Of a stretch of 64,000 bases of DNA, positions 35,751 to 50,495 are shown one piece after another. The position numbers were made by a program, and so were the translations under genes. Position 1 is the stretch's first letter; each line of letters opens with the position of its first letter. The DNA comes from Octopus sinensis (lineage: Eukaryota): the NCBI RefSeq assembly GCF_006345805.1, contig NC_043020.1, positions 13,268,001 to 13,332,000 of the forward strand, written 5' to 3'. The notes under the pieces were generated by a model. It was not told where the DNA came from. It made no database searches and saw nothing but the letters and a program-made list of their open reading frames with translations.

Positions 35751-36487
35751 AGAGAGAGAGAGAGAGAGACATACATATAAACAAACAAATAAATAAACAA
35801 AATTCATTATCATCATCTGAACCTTGTTGACCCAAGTTCTAGTACTCAGAGAGAGAGAGCTAGTTATTTGGTTTCCATGGGGTATAAGTTACCGAGTTCA
35901 CATCTTCCCTGAACATGGTGCCAGTTCATTTCAGCATTACCTGTTTACAAGCTGAGTGAACTGGAGCAATGCAAAATGAAGTCTTTTACTCAAGAACTCA
36001 ATGCACCACCCAGACCAGGAACTGAAATCACAATCTTCCAATCACAAGTGCAACACCCTAACATCTAGGCCACATGCTTTGACCATACATATACATAGTG
36101 GAGAACAGTTCACACGTGTGCTGAGGCTGACCAAAGGATTTTATTTTTAGATATATCTGGGGTACTTATATGTACTCATGATTTTTGCTTCGGCTTTTTT
36201 CCATGGGCACATGTAAGTATCTTATTTATATCCTTTTGTATTTTCTACTGAAGAGGAAAAAAATCTATTATGAGATTAATTCCGAAATTGATTCAATACA
36301 GAAATAACGAACTTTTTAAAAAAATTCTATCGGCCGGCTTTCCTCGTTTTCAGCTCTTCGTGTTTTTCCTGTAGCGAGTAAATAATATGTGGAAATTGAC
36401 GATTTAAAAGTCTGTTATCAGCATATTGGCATAGAAATAATTTTCTTTAGCCCTTATTTATAAGTTGTTCATAAATATGTATATATA

Positions 36488-36882
36488 GACAGGCATGGCT
36501 GTGTGGTAAGAAGTTTGCTTCCCAACCACATGGTTCTGGGTTCAGTCCTTTTGTGTGGCACCTTGGGCAAGTGTACTTCATTATAGCTTTGGATCAACCA
36601 AAGCTTTGTGAGTGGGTTTGGAAGATGGAAACTTAAAGAAGCCTGTTGCATGTGTGTGTGTGTGTATATATATATGTATGTATGTATGTGTATATATATA
36701 TGTATTTATGTATGTGTATATATATATATATATATGTATGTATATATATATATATATGTATGTATGTGTATATATATATATGTATGTATGTGTATATATA
36801 TATATGTATGTATATGTGTATATATATATGTATGTTTATATATATATATATGTATGTATATATATATATATATATGTATGTT

Positions 36883-36917
<35 letters not shown>

Positions 36918-37170
36918 ATATATATATATGTATGTATTTATATATATATATGTCTGTGTGTGTATGTTTCTTTGTGTCTATCTTTGTCCACCACCACCAC
37001 CACTTGACAACTGTTATTGGTGTGTTTATGTCCCTGTAACTTAGCAGTTTGGCAAAAGACACCAATAGAATGAATATCAGGCTTTAAAAAAAGAACAAGT
37101 ACTGGGGTTGATACAGTGAATGTAGTGCTCCAGCATGGCCACAGTGTAATGACTGAAACATGTAAAAGAT
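36488..37170 (+). mobile_element. SINE-A with central microsatellite expanded to ~300 bp
   Basis: Head, (TA/TATG)n at 36650-36960, tail. Confidence 0.8.
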
Positions 37171-37439
37171 AAGATACAGACACACTCACACACAGTCACT
37201 CATCAATTACATGCATTTTCACATGCTCACTCATGCATATCGCCACGCACATTCTTCTACACACACACATGCCTACGCACTGGCAGTTGTGTGCAACTAC
37301 GCATGCACATATCTATTTTCACGTGCGTGCACTCATGCGCTAAATGTCTGCACATGCACTAGTTCACAAATGCATCTGCTGAAACAAATGCAGGCAGCTG
37401 TATACTAATTCCGCAACATGTGCAGCAACTAATGCCCAA

Positions 37440-38770
<1,331 letters not shown>

Positions 38771-39221
38771 ACTTCTATGTAATCAAATAATGTTTGCCTG
38801 TCTCCACAGACACTCTGTTATATCACTTTGAAGTGTCTTTTCTATTCTGATCTATATCTAGAATATTCAAACTTTCTGCAATTGAGACAGACAGACAGAC
38901 TGACAAAGAGAGGAATGAAAGCTTACCAGAGAGAGAGAGAGAGAGAGAGAGACAAGCTGATAAAGAAAGGAATGAAGTCCTTACCATAAATTGGTAAATG
39001 TCTGTCAAATGGCGCTGCCTTGTCCCCAGCTTTCAGTTCTGTTTATAGCTTTTCCAGTTCTTGATTCTAAAGTCATTACAGAAAGCCATAAATATCACAT
39101 TTTCTTCGTGACTCCTTCTACTCGTCTGAAATAAGGTTGGTTACCCACAGACCACAGACAAGTTCATGGGTTTAGTGGTCTCTTTTTAATTCATAAAAAT
39201 TATATATATATATATATATAA

Positions 39222-39385
39222 TAGGTGTAGGAGTGGCTGTGTGGTAAGTAGCTTGCTTACCAACCACATGGTTCCGGGTTCAGTCCCACTGCGTGGCATC
39301 TTGGGCAAGTGTCTTCTGCTATAGCCCCGGGCCGACCAACGCCTTGTGAGTGGATTTGGTAGACGGAAACTGAAAGAAGCCTGTC

Positions 39386-39427
<42 letters not shown>

Positions 39428-39990
39428 TTGTTTGTGTGTCTGTGTTTGTCCCCCTAGCATTGCTTGACAACCGATGCTGGTGTGTTTATGTCCCCGTTAC
39501 TTAGCGGTTCGGCAAAAGAGACCGATAGAATAAGGCGGTGCTCCAGCATGGCCGCAGTCAAATGACTGAAACAAGTAAAAGAGTAAATATAATAGGTGTA
39601 GGAGTGGCTGTGTGGTAAGTAGCTTGCTTACCAACCACATGGTTCCGGGTTCAGTCCCACTGCGTGGCACCTTGGGCAAGTGTCTTCTACTATGTCCTTG
39701 GGCCGACTAAAGCCTTGTGAGTGGATTTGGTAGACGGAAACTGAAAGAAGCCCGTCGTATATATGTATATATATAAATATATGTGTGTGTTTGTGTTTGT
39801 CCCCTAACATCGCTTCACAATCGATGCTGGTGTGTTTACGTCCCTGTAACTTAGCGGTTTGGCAAAAGAGACTGATAGATTAAGTACTAGGCTTACAAAG
39901 AATAAGTCCTGGGGGTCGATGTGCTCGACTAAAGGCGGTGCTCCAGCATGGCCACAGTCAAATGACTGAAACAAGTAAAAGAGTAAAAGA
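39222..39990 (+). mobile_element. Two tandem SINE-A copies sharing the 5' variant ataggtgtaggag
   Basis: Copies start at 39222 and 39591; the first has an internal deletion. Confidence 0.85.
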
Positions 39991-40114
39991 GATACATACA
40001 CAAATATACAAATAAATGCATTTGTGTGTGTGTGTGTATGTAAATGGATAGGTACACAAACACACACATATAAACCTATGTACTTACACACGCTATTTCT
40101 TAGATGCAGCACGG

Positions 40115-40270
40115 AATTTTGTCAGTGAACAGGTCGCGGTCTCAAAGCAACGAAAATATTTTGGCAAATTAGATTTAAATGTTGAAGTGAATCTAACGGT
40201 TTCTGTGTGTTTCTTAAATGGCTTATAAACACCTTCCACACTGCAATTGTTTTCGTTCCAGCACACGATT
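40115..40270 (+). other. Unclassified element starting with a hammerhead-shaped fold
   Basis: Stem I, II and III topology around GAAA at 40152; variant core GTGAACA. Confidence 0.35.
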
Positions 40271-40429
40271 TCAGATCAGGTCACTTGCTATGCAAGTACA
40301 TCTCCATAAAAATATAGTCGTACACGAATATACATGTAGACATACAAATATGTATAAGTACACACACACACACATACACATGCAAACACAAACACACTAC
40401 ACATACATATTTTAGTGCCGGTGACACAT

Positions 40430-41410
40430 AAAAGGCATCCATGCCGGTGAGACGCAAGAGGCACTTGTGCCAGTGACATGTAAGGTGCATCCGTGCCAGT
40501 GACATGCAAAAGGAAACCATGCTGGTGACACGCAAATGGCACTTGTGCTGGAGACACGCAAATGGCACTTGTGCTGGAGACACACAAATGGCACCTGTGC
40601 TGGTGACACGCAAATGGCACTTGTGCTGGTGACACGCAAATGGCACTTGTGCTGGTGACACGCAAATGGCACTTGTGCTGGTGACACGCAAATGGCACTT
40701 GTGCTGGTGACACGCAAATGGCACTTGTGCTGGTGACACGCAAATGGCACTTGTGCTGGTGACACGCAAATGGCACTTGTGCTGGTGACACGCAAATGGC
40801 ACTTGTGCTGGTGGAACGCAAATGGCACCTGTGCTGGTGGCACGCAAATGGCACTTGTGCTGGTGACACGCAAATGGCACCTGTGCTGGTGGCACGCAAA
40901 TGGCACCTGTGCTGGTGGCACGCAAATGGCACCTGTGCTGGTGGCACGCAAATGGCACTTGTGCTGGTGGCACGCAAATGGCACTTGTGCTGGTGACACG
41001 CAAATGGCACCTGTGTTGGTGACACGCAAATGGCACCTGTGCTGGTAACACGTAAATGGCACTTGTGTTGCTGACATGCAAAAGGCATTTATGCTGGTGA
41101 CACACAAAAAGCAATCATGCCGGTGACACACTATGGGCACCCATGCTGGTGACACATGAAGAGCACCCTTGCCAGTGACATGTAAGAGGTGCACATGCTT
41201 GTGACACATAAAAGGCACTTTTGCCAGTGATGCACAATATGCACCCATGTTGGTGATAACATGAAAGACACCCAGTACAATCTGTGGAGTAGTTTGTGTT
41301 ATGAAGGGCATCCGGCCATAGAAACCAAGCCTGTTGCAGCTCTCTGGTTTACCAGATCCAGCCAAACTGCCTTACCATTGAAAAATGGACGCTAAATGAT
41401 GATGATGATG
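40430..41410 (+). mobile_element. Degenerate RTE 3' UTR containing a 26-bp minisatellite
   Basis: Unit gtgctggtgacacgcaaatggcactt, about 21 copies at 40519-41075, followed by an RTE-type tail and (GAT)n. Confidence 0.85.
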
Positions 41411-41454
41411 ATAAAACTTAAATATACATCATCATCATCATCATCATCATCATT

Positions 41455-41687
41455 TTATACCCTTTTACTCTTTTTACCTGTTTGTCATTTAGCTGTGGCC
41501 ATGCTGAAGCACCTTCCTTTAGTTGAGCAAATCGACCCCAGGACTTATTCTTTGTAAGCCTAGTACTTATTCTCTCGGTCTCTTTGCTGAACTGCTAAGT
41601 TACGGGGACGTAAACACACCAGCATCAGTTGTTAAGTGATGTTCGGGGGACAAACACAGACGCACAAACATATACACACACACATGC

Positions 41688-41726
<39 letters not shown>

Positions 41727-41890
41727 GACGGGCTTCTTTCGGTTTCCATCTACTAAATCCACTCACAAGGCTTTGGTCGACCCGAGGCTATAGTAGAAGA
41801 CACATGCCCAAGGTGCCACTCAGTGGAACTGAACCCAGAACCATGTGGTTGGTAAGCAAGCTACTTACCACACAGCCACTCCTACGCCTA
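41455..41890 (-). mobile_element. SINE-A full length
   Basis: Complete structure. Confidence 0.85.
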
Positions 41891-41939
41891 TATGTACATA
41901 TCATATATATATATGTGTGTGTGTGTGTATATATATATA

Positions 41940-42155
41940 TGTGGCCGTTCGCCAGCCTCGTCTGGCACCTGTGTCGGTGGCACATAAAATCACCCACTAC
42001 ACTCTCGGAGTGGTTGGCATTAGGAAGGGCATCCAGCTGTAGAAACACTGCCAGATCTGACTGGCCTGGTGCAGCCTTCGGGCTCCCCAGACCCCAGTTG
42101 AGCCGTCCAACCCATGCTAGCATGGAAAGCGGACATTAAATGATGATGATGATGA
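41940..42155 (+). mobile_element. RTE 3'-UTR fragment
   Basis: Diagnostic motifs. Confidence 0.85.
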
Positions 42156-42164
42156 TATATATAT

Positions 42165-42199
42165 ATATATATATATGTATATCATATTAATATGCTGAT

Positions 42200-42237
<38 letters not shown>

Positions 42238-42260
42238 TATTAATATGCTGATAATAATAT

Positions 42261-42300
<40 letters not shown>

Positions 42301-42509
42301 TATTAATATGCTGATAATAATATAGATATATATTATATATATATATATAATATCATATTAATATGCTGATAATAATATTATAGATATATATAATATATAT
42401 ATATATCATATTAATATGCTGATAATAATATAGATATATATATATATATATATATATTATCTATATATATATATATATCATATTAATATGCTGATAATAA
42501 TATATAGAT

Positions 42510-42540
<31 letters not shown>

Positions 42541-42801
42541 CATATTAATATGCTGATAATAATATAGATATATAGTATATATAATATATATCATATTAAT
42601 ATGCTGATAATAATATAGATATATAATATATAGATATAATATATATATATATCATATTAATATGCTGATAATAATATAGATATATAATATATATATATAT
42701 ATATATCATATAATATGCTGATAATAATATAGATATATATATATATATATAATATATATAGATCTATTAATATGCTGATAATAATATATTATATATATAT
42801 A

Positions 42802-42860
<59 letters not shown>
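42165..42860. repeat. Minisatellite: 11 cores tcatattaatatgctgataataat separated by variable (TA)n
   Basis: Cores counted from 42182 to 42764. Confidence 0.9.
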
Positions 42861-42867
<7 letters not shown>

Positions 42868-43459
42868 GTGTGTGTCAGTATATTCTCACACAAATGCATA
42901 TACATACACAAGCCTTTCTTAATGAAGAATCTATTTTCTCAGTGTTGGCATTTCCAATTTCACAACAAATCAAAAACACTTAAACAGATGAAAGACTCTC
43001 TCTCTCTCTCTCCCTCTCTGTTGTCTCCTTAATATGCATTTTGATTAAAAGACAAAATAATCTTGCGAGTGCTTTGATTTACATAATATTCATAACAATT
43101 AATGGTAAAAGAATTTGCTAACTTCTTTTGAAGTAGCAATGAACACAATATTTAAGTGATTGCATTCAAGAGAATCAAATAGATTCTTTGTTGTTTGAAA
43201 TACCTATTGATTTCGTTGCAGATGAAGTGCCTAATTAATAGTATTGATGATATAAATACCAGCTTCACCATCTCCCCCCATATCGTTTATGAACACCAGA
43301 ACATGTGAGGTAGTATGGGTTTTTGGCTGTCCTTAGCTGGAGCCAAATTGTCCGCCTGCTTCCTTAAACATAGCTTACCTCTTACCACAGTAACACATGC
43401 GCGCACACACACACACACATGGTGGCAGTCTTGTATGGTCGACGTACGCATCCTACTTA

Positions 43460-43621
43460 GGTGCAGACGTGGCTGTGTGGTAAGAAGCTTGTTTCCCAAC
43501 TATGTGGTTCTGGGTTCAGTTTCACTGTGAGGCACTTTGATCAAGTGTCTTCTACTAAAGCCTTAGGCCAACCAAAGCCTTATGAGTAGAGTTGATAGAT
43601 GGAAACTGAAAGATGCTTGTG

Positions 43622-43655
<34 letters not shown>

Positions 43656-43931
43656 GATGTATATATATATATGTACATATATGCACAGGTGCCAGGGGAG
43701 GCTGGCACCAACTGATCGTGTCCGCTGCCAGCTTCCCCTGGCACCTGTGCTGGTGGCACATAAAAAACACCCACTACACTCACGGAGTGGTTGGCGTTAG
43801 GAAGGGCATCCAGCTGTTGAAACTCTGCCAGATCAAGATTGGAGCCTGGTTCAGCCTCCTGGCTTCCCAGACCCTGGTTGAACCGTCCAACCCATGCTAG
43901 CATGGAAAACAGATGTTAAACGATGATGATG

Positions 43932-43932
<1 letters not shown>
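43460..43932 (+). mobile_element. SINE-A head (43460-43620) followed by RTE 3'-UTR fragment (43685-43932)
   Basis: Both motif sets, separated by (CT)n(TA)n. Confidence 0.75.
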
Positions 43933-43985
<53 letters not shown>

Positions 43986-44237
43986 GTGTGCAGCTTTATG
44001 CAAGGTTCATCCACTGACATGGTCTGAAGCTTCTGACTAATCACCACTCCAAAGTAACAGTCATCAAATGGAACTTGCAATTGCGAGATGTCTATGAAGC
44101 AGAAACATGTGTTGGATGCATTTAAATCAAATACGCTGTATAATTGACTATAGAAATAAAAAATATGCAGATGTACTAATCTCCATATTCATTGTAATTG
44201 TCTTATACACATGTGTGTGTGTGTGTATATATATATA

Positions 44238-44775
44238 TCATCATCATCGTTTAACGTCCGCTTTCCATGCTAGCATGGGTTGGACGATTTGACTGAGGTC
44301 TGGCAAACCAGTAGGCTGCACCAGGCTCCAATCTGATCTGGCAGAGTTTCTACAGCTGGATGCCGTTCCTAACGCCAACCACTCCGAGAGTGTAGTGGGT
44401 GCTTTTACGTGCCACAAGCATGAGGGCCAGTCAGACCATACTGGCAGCAGCCACACTCAAATGGTGTTTTTTATGTACCACCTGCACAGGAACCAGTCCA
44501 GTGGCACTGGTAACGATCTCGCTCGAATGTTTTTTCACATGCCACCAGGCAAGTGCCAGTAAGGTGTAGTGGGCGCTTTTACGTGCCACTGGCACGAGGG
44601 CCAGTCAGGAGGTACTGGCAACGGCCACACTCAAATGGTGTTTTTTTAATGCCACCTGCACAGGAGCCACTCCAGCGGCACTGGCAACGACCTTGCTCGA
44701 ATGTTTTTGCACGTGCCAGTAAGGTGACGCTGGTAACGATCACACTCGAATGGTGCATTTTACATGCCACCAGCA
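44238..44775 (-). mobile_element. RTE 3'-UTR fragment, variant subfamily with internal duplication
   Basis: Block 44390-44560 repeated at 44565-44720. Confidence 0.8.
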
Positions 44776-45143
44776 TGGTATTTGTATACATATAATGTGT
44801 CTGTGTGTATATGTATACCATGTAGCAGTCATTTCAGATGTGGCAGACCACTCTGTAAATCATCTTTTATCCATTAAATGTGTAAAGAAATCCATGAAAG
44901 AGGAAATAGAATTGTAGGAACTTGTTAAACCATTTTTCAGTTTTTTCAACTTTTTTTTGTTTAAAAGAATCTTTATAAATGTTTTCGTTGCTATTTTTGA
45001 TTTTGTTACTATTTTTTTCCAGAGTAAATGTAAATATTACATTTGAAACTGTAAATAATTACAGAATTTGAGCCAAATGAAGCCATCTGCTTTACCTTTT
45101 GTCTTGTATTTCTGTGAAGATTCAATGTAGATTCTTCTCAATA

Positions 45144-45560
45144 TACTCTTTACTCTTTTACTCTCTTACTTGTTTCAGTCATTTGACTGCGGCCATGCTG
45201 GAGCACCGCCTTTAATCGAGCAACTCGACCCCAGGACTTATTCTTTTGTAAGCCCAGTACTTATTCTATCGGTCTCTTTTGCCGAACCGCTAGTAACGGG
45301 GACTAAACACACCAGCATCGTTGTCAAGCAATGCTAGGGGGACAAACACAGACACACAAACACACACACGCATACATATATATATATATATATATACGAC
45401 GGGCTTCTTTCAGTTTCCGTCTTCCAAATCCACTCACAAGGCTTTGGTCGGCCCGAGGCTATAGTAGAAGACACTTGCCCAAAGTGTCACGTAGTGGGAC
45501 TGAACCCGGAACCATGTGGTTGGTAAACAAGCGACTTACCTCACAGCCACTCCTGCGCCT
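45144..45560 (-). mobile_element. SINE-A full length
   Basis: Complete structure. Confidence 0.85.
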
Positions 45561-45613
45561 ATGTCGACTTGCATGTCGATTTGCATGTTGACTTGCATGT
45601 CGACTTGCATGTT
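45561..45613. repeat. 12-bp tandem repeat atgtcgacttgc, about 4 copies
   Basis: Direct reading. Confidence 0.9.
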
Positions 45614-45736
45614 GTTAAGAATGGTAGACAAAACCCTGTTGGGTCTTCTTACTTGCCAACAGCAATAAACTAATGAATAGAATGACTTAAGTATCAATAT
45701 TTTCCCATCAACAAAAATCTAGAGTCAAATCCATGA

Positions 45737-45744
<8 letters not shown>

Positions 45745-45778
<34 letters not shown>

Positions 45779-46090
45779 TTAACGTCCGTTTTCCATGCTA
45801 GCATGGGTTGGACGGTTCAAACAGGGTCTGGGAAGCCAGGAGGCTGCACCAGGCTCCAGTCTGATCTTGCAGTGTTTCTACAGCTTGATGCCCTTCCTAA
45901 TGCCAACCACTCCGTGAATGTAGTGGGTGCTCTTTATGTGCCACCGGCAGCTGGCAGCGGACACAATCGGTTGGTGCTTTTTATGTGCCACCGGCATGGA
46001 AGCCAGTCAATGCAGCGCTGGCATCGGCCACGTTCAGATGGTGCTTTTTACATGCCACCGGCACAGGTATCACAATTACAATTTCCATAT
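45745..46090 (-). mobile_element. RTE 3'-UTR fragment
   Basis: Long (CAT)n and diagnostic motifs. Confidence 0.85.
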
Positions 46091-46224
46091 GACATATGTT
46101 ATAAAATTGTTTATTTTTATTTTGGCAGAAGTTTACAATTATTCTCTCTTTTTTTTCTGTCAGTGTCACTGAAAAGTCAAATATCATCATCGTTTAGCAT
46201 CCAGTCTCCATGTTGGCATGGGTT

Positions 46225-46470
46225 ACATGGTTTGACAAGGTGCGAGCTGGCAGAAATGGTAGCACGCCGGGCGAAATGCTTAGCTGTATTTCGTCTGCCA
46301 TTAGGTTGTGAGTTCAAATTCCGCCGAGGTCGACTTTGCCTTTCATCCTTTCGGGGTCGATAAATTAAGTACCAGTTACGCACTGGGGTCGATGTAATCG
46401 ACTTAATACCTATGTCTGTCCTTGTTTGTCCTCTCTGTGTTTAGCCCCTTGTGGGTAATTAAGAAATAGG
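46225..46470 (+). mobile_element. SINE-B inserted in an old RTE 3' fragment
   Basis: ggtttgacaaggtgc on both sides (TSD-like). Confidence 0.85.
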
Positions 46471-46890
46471 TTTGACAAGGTGCTGGCTAACAGGGAGTTG
46501 TCTGGACTCCAGCTATCTGTTGCAGCATGGTATCTACATCTGGATGCCCTTCTTAATGCCAACCACTTACAAGGGTGCACTAGGTGCTTTTTACATGTCA
46601 CCATCACAGGTGCGTTTATGCATGGATGCATTACTGCAGCACCAGCACAGATTCTTTTGAAATGGCACCAACACCTGAAAGGACAACCTGTATGTGTGAA
46701 AGACAATGATTTTACTTAGCTTGATGTGTCTTAACAACTACGGCAAATTTCCCACATCTCCTGGTCCCTTGGCATTTCTTCAGTGAGGCCCAGCAGCCAA
46801 AGATCCTTTCTCACCACTTCATCTCACATCTTCCTGGATCTATCCCTTCCAAATGAAGACTCTTCTGGAGAAATTCTTGTTAATTACTCT

Positions 46891-47420
46891 TTAACCCTTT
46901 TGTTACTGTATTTATTTGGAGATGCTCTGTGTTTCTTCCAATTATTTTAAATATGAAAAAGAATTTAGTAAAATAATATTGTTATCATTGAGCTAGTGTT
47001 AGGAACATAAATTGTGACTAAGATTTGGTGGAAGATTTGAATTCAAAACTTATGAAAACAAGACATTTGTACTACAGAGCCAGAGGTGGTTTCAGCTGGG
47101 TTGGTATCAAAATGGTTAAGACGGGAAGAACTAGCAGAGGCTTAAGGTGTCTTCATACTTATGTATCATTCATTTTTACATCTGTTTTAACACTTTTGTT
47201 ACCATGTTTCTGTTGAGCGACTCTGTGTTTTTTCCTCTTCCAATTATTTTAAATATGAAAAAGAATTTAGTAAAATAACTTGGTTATCATTGAGCTAGTG
47301 TTAGGAACATAAATTGTGACTAAGATTTGGTGGAAGATTTGAATTCGAAACTCATGAAAACAAGACATTTGTACTAAGAGCCAGAGCCGGTTTCAGCCAG
47401 GTTGGTAACGAAAGGGTTAA
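46891..47420. mobile_element. Two adjacent piggyBac-type MITE family 2 copies
   Basis: TTAA|CCCTTTTGTTAC start; second copy ends gtaacgaaaggg|TTAA. Confidence 0.8.
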
Positions 47421-47831
47421 TTAGTTTCAGTTTCAGCTCAAGAGCTGCGCCATTTTATATTGAGATCTTGTTCTTGTTGTTTAAGGTCAGTATTCCATGG
47501 ACATGTGTCCCCTTAATGTTAGACAGAATCAGTGAGATGCAGTATGTAACCAGGCTGGACCTTTGAATTACAAGTGTAGTCAATATAAATGCACTTCCAT
47601 AGAGTTTTCTTTCACAGACTTCCTCACATTGATCCAGTTTCACTTGAGGTATCGGTAAAGGACGCTTGCCCAAGACGCCCTACACTGGGATTGAACCCAG
47701 GAGCAAAGTAAACTTGTTAAAAGAAAATCAGCCATGTTATGTTCAATAGAAATATTCATCTACATAATGAAAATATGGTTGCTATGATAGAAACTGAAAT
47801 AATTGTTGTATAAAGTAATAATATATATGTG

Positions 47832-47865
<34 letters not shown>

Positions 47866-48985
47866 CAGACAGAGATGTCTGAGACATTCTCAGAAGTCTG
47901 GTAATTCCAGTTGTCTATACTATTGTTTCCACAACTTTGTAGGTCGGTAAACATTTTCTGCAGAAGGTCAGAGCAATGAATATAGAATCAATATGCCTTG
48001 TTTGAAAATAAAATAACAAAAGAAGAACCATTTCTTTATTGAAAGTATTTCCTTTGTGCGAGGAATTGAAGGTCAGACAGCTTCAGCAAGAAATTATTGA
48101 AATGTTCCAAAGAAATATTGAACATGTTGGAACATCAGAACTGGAAGTGCCATTTCCCTGCTGTTCTAAAACTGTTGGACATCACAGAACTGGAATTGCT
48201 TGAGTTTAAACCGTTCTTCTATTCTTCTTCCCCCCATCCCAGTTCCAAATCTCGACAGCCCCACCCCACCACCTGCTCTAACACCACCATGCTGGCGAAT
48301 CAGAATTCAATGAAAAAACCAATATTTAAATATCTGCAGCCCCTCCTCTTACCTTACCTTCCACCCCCTCCTTCCAACGGGTGGGGTTGCAGGGAAGGTG
48401 GAATTTTCTTGGAGCTATTGTAGAATGGGAGGAATATTGCCTGCATTAAATATAGCTTAGTGTCTGATACGAACGCTGAAGATGGGTAAGGTTGTCGAAA
48501 GCATTTGAACCAAATAAGTTTATATTTAGAAAGGGAGAAAGAAAAAAAAAAAACAAACATATTTGAGAGAAAGAGAGAGAGAGAGAGAGAAATATCAGCT
48601 TTTACAGATTAACTTTCTTTGGAAAACATTTTCTGAAACCTAATTGGAAATACTGTAACTCTTAAAGACATTAAAAGGTAGAAAAAAAATAAAATACCTC
48701 GACCAAGCTTCAGTTATGGAGACAGCGTTTGATAAATAGATTTTTCTTACTTTATAGATTTAGTCATTTTCTTTTCTTATTCTAATTCTATTTTATTTTA
48801 TTTCAATTTTTTTTTCTATAAAAATCTTGTGTTGAGTTATTTTACAAATGTTGAAGTTAATAACAGTGTCTTTTTTTCTTTGTTTCTTTTTTTTTCTTTT
48901 TTTTTTTATTTTCTTTTAATACCAAATTCTGAAACTGGAAAAATATTTTCAGTTAAGTGTGTTTAAAGTCGATGATTAATGTTTC

Positions 48986-49032
<47 letters not shown>

Positions 49033-49194
49033 GTTATTATTGTTGTTATTATTATTATTGTTGTTGTTTGTTGCTTTAAATGAAGCACAAAACATCAGAA
49101 GCTCAGAAGCTTGGTGTCTTGTTTTGTAAAACAACACAACATGTGGAGACACAAACTCGCGTCTTTTCTACTCGACTGATTTAACAAACACCAA

Positions 49195-49326
49195 CATTCC
49201 GGGTTCAGTCCCACTGCGTGGCATCTTGGGCAAGTGTCTTCTGCTGTAGCCCCGGGCCGACCAATGCCTTGTGAGTGGATTTGGTAGACGGAAAATGAAA
49301 GAAGCCTGTCGTATATATGTATATAT

Positions 49327-49359
<33 letters not shown>

Positions 49360-49845
49360 GTATATGTTTGTGTGTGTGTTTGTGTGTCTGTGTTTGTCCC
49401 CCTAGCATTGCTTGACAACCGATGCTGGTGTGTTTACGTTCCCGTCACTTAGTGGTTCGGCAAAAGAGACCGATAGAATAAGTACTGGGCTTACAAAGAA
49501 TAAGTCCCGGAGTCGATTTGCTTGACTACAGGCGGTGCTCCAGCATGGCCGACCAATGCCTTGTGAGTGTATTTGGTAGACGGGAACTGAAAGAAGCCTG
49601 TCGTATATATGTATATATATATATATGTATGTGTGTGTTTGTGTGTCTGTGTTTGTCCCCCTAGCATTGCTTGACAACCAATGCTGGTGTGTTTACGTTC
49701 CTGTCACTTAGCGGTTCAACAAAAGAAACCGATAGAATAAGTACTGGGCTTACAAGAATAAGTCCTGGGGTCGATTTGCTCGACTAAAGGCGGTGCTCCA
49801 GCATGGCCACAGTCAAATGACTGAAACAAATAAAAGAGTAAAAGA
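49195..49845 (+). mobile_element. SINE-A with 292-bp internal tandem duplication
   Basis: Junction catggccg|accaatgcc at ~49547. Confidence 0.85.
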
Positions 49846-50124
49846 GTATAGCAACACTCTATAGCCTCTGGACCACAGAGGTTGTCATGCTGTGTCTCCT
49901 CCCTTTATTTTTTCGTGCACTACTACAACTGCTACTACAATTGTCTCTCTCATCATTGTCATCATCTGGTCAAGCTTGCTCAGATATTTTAACCTGCACA
50001 CACCATACGTCTCAGTCCTGCATTAGTTGATGGTGATCTTCAGGAAGGTAGCCAGTGTCTCTGGGGAGTTGATCTACATACCTTGTTTTTGAACAACCAG
50101 CTGGAGCATTGAAAATATGTAGGG

Positions 50125-50495
50125 TGATAAAAAGCACCATCCGAACGTAGCCGATGCCAGCGCCGCCCTGACTGGCTTCTGTGCCGGTGGCACATAAAAA
50201 GCACCATCCGTACGTTGCCAGCGCCGCCTTGGCTGGCTTCCGTGCCGCTGGCATGTTAAAAGCACCAACCGATCGTGGACGTTGCCGGACCCCCCCCCCC
50301 GGCACCTGTGCAGGTAGCACGTAAAAAGCACCCACTACACTCGTGGAGTGGTTGGCGTTAGGAAGGGCATCCAGCCATAGAAACTCTGCCAGATCAGACT
50401 GGAGCCTGGAGCAGTCCCTGGCTTCCCAGACCCCGGTCGAACCGTCCAACCCGTGCTAGCGCGGAAAACGGACGTTAAACGATGATGATGATGAT
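50125..50495 (+). mobile_element. RTE 3'-UTR fragment
   Basis: Diagnostic motifs. Confidence 0.85.

Noticed and set aside
40281-41365. 266-317-aa Cys/His-rich ORFs resembling zinc-finger arrays
   Set aside because: The 26-aa period comes from three 26-bp units of a minisatellite inside an RTE 3' UTR; no C2H2 spacing or linker.
42180-42790. CRISPR-like repeat-spacer appearance
   Set aside because: Spacers are only (TA)n, the context is eukaryotic and there are no cas genes.
48040-48205. Open frame ELKVRQLQQEIIEMFQRNIEH...
   Set aside because: Weak acceptor and an internal direct repeat (gttggaacatcagaactggaa); unsupported.
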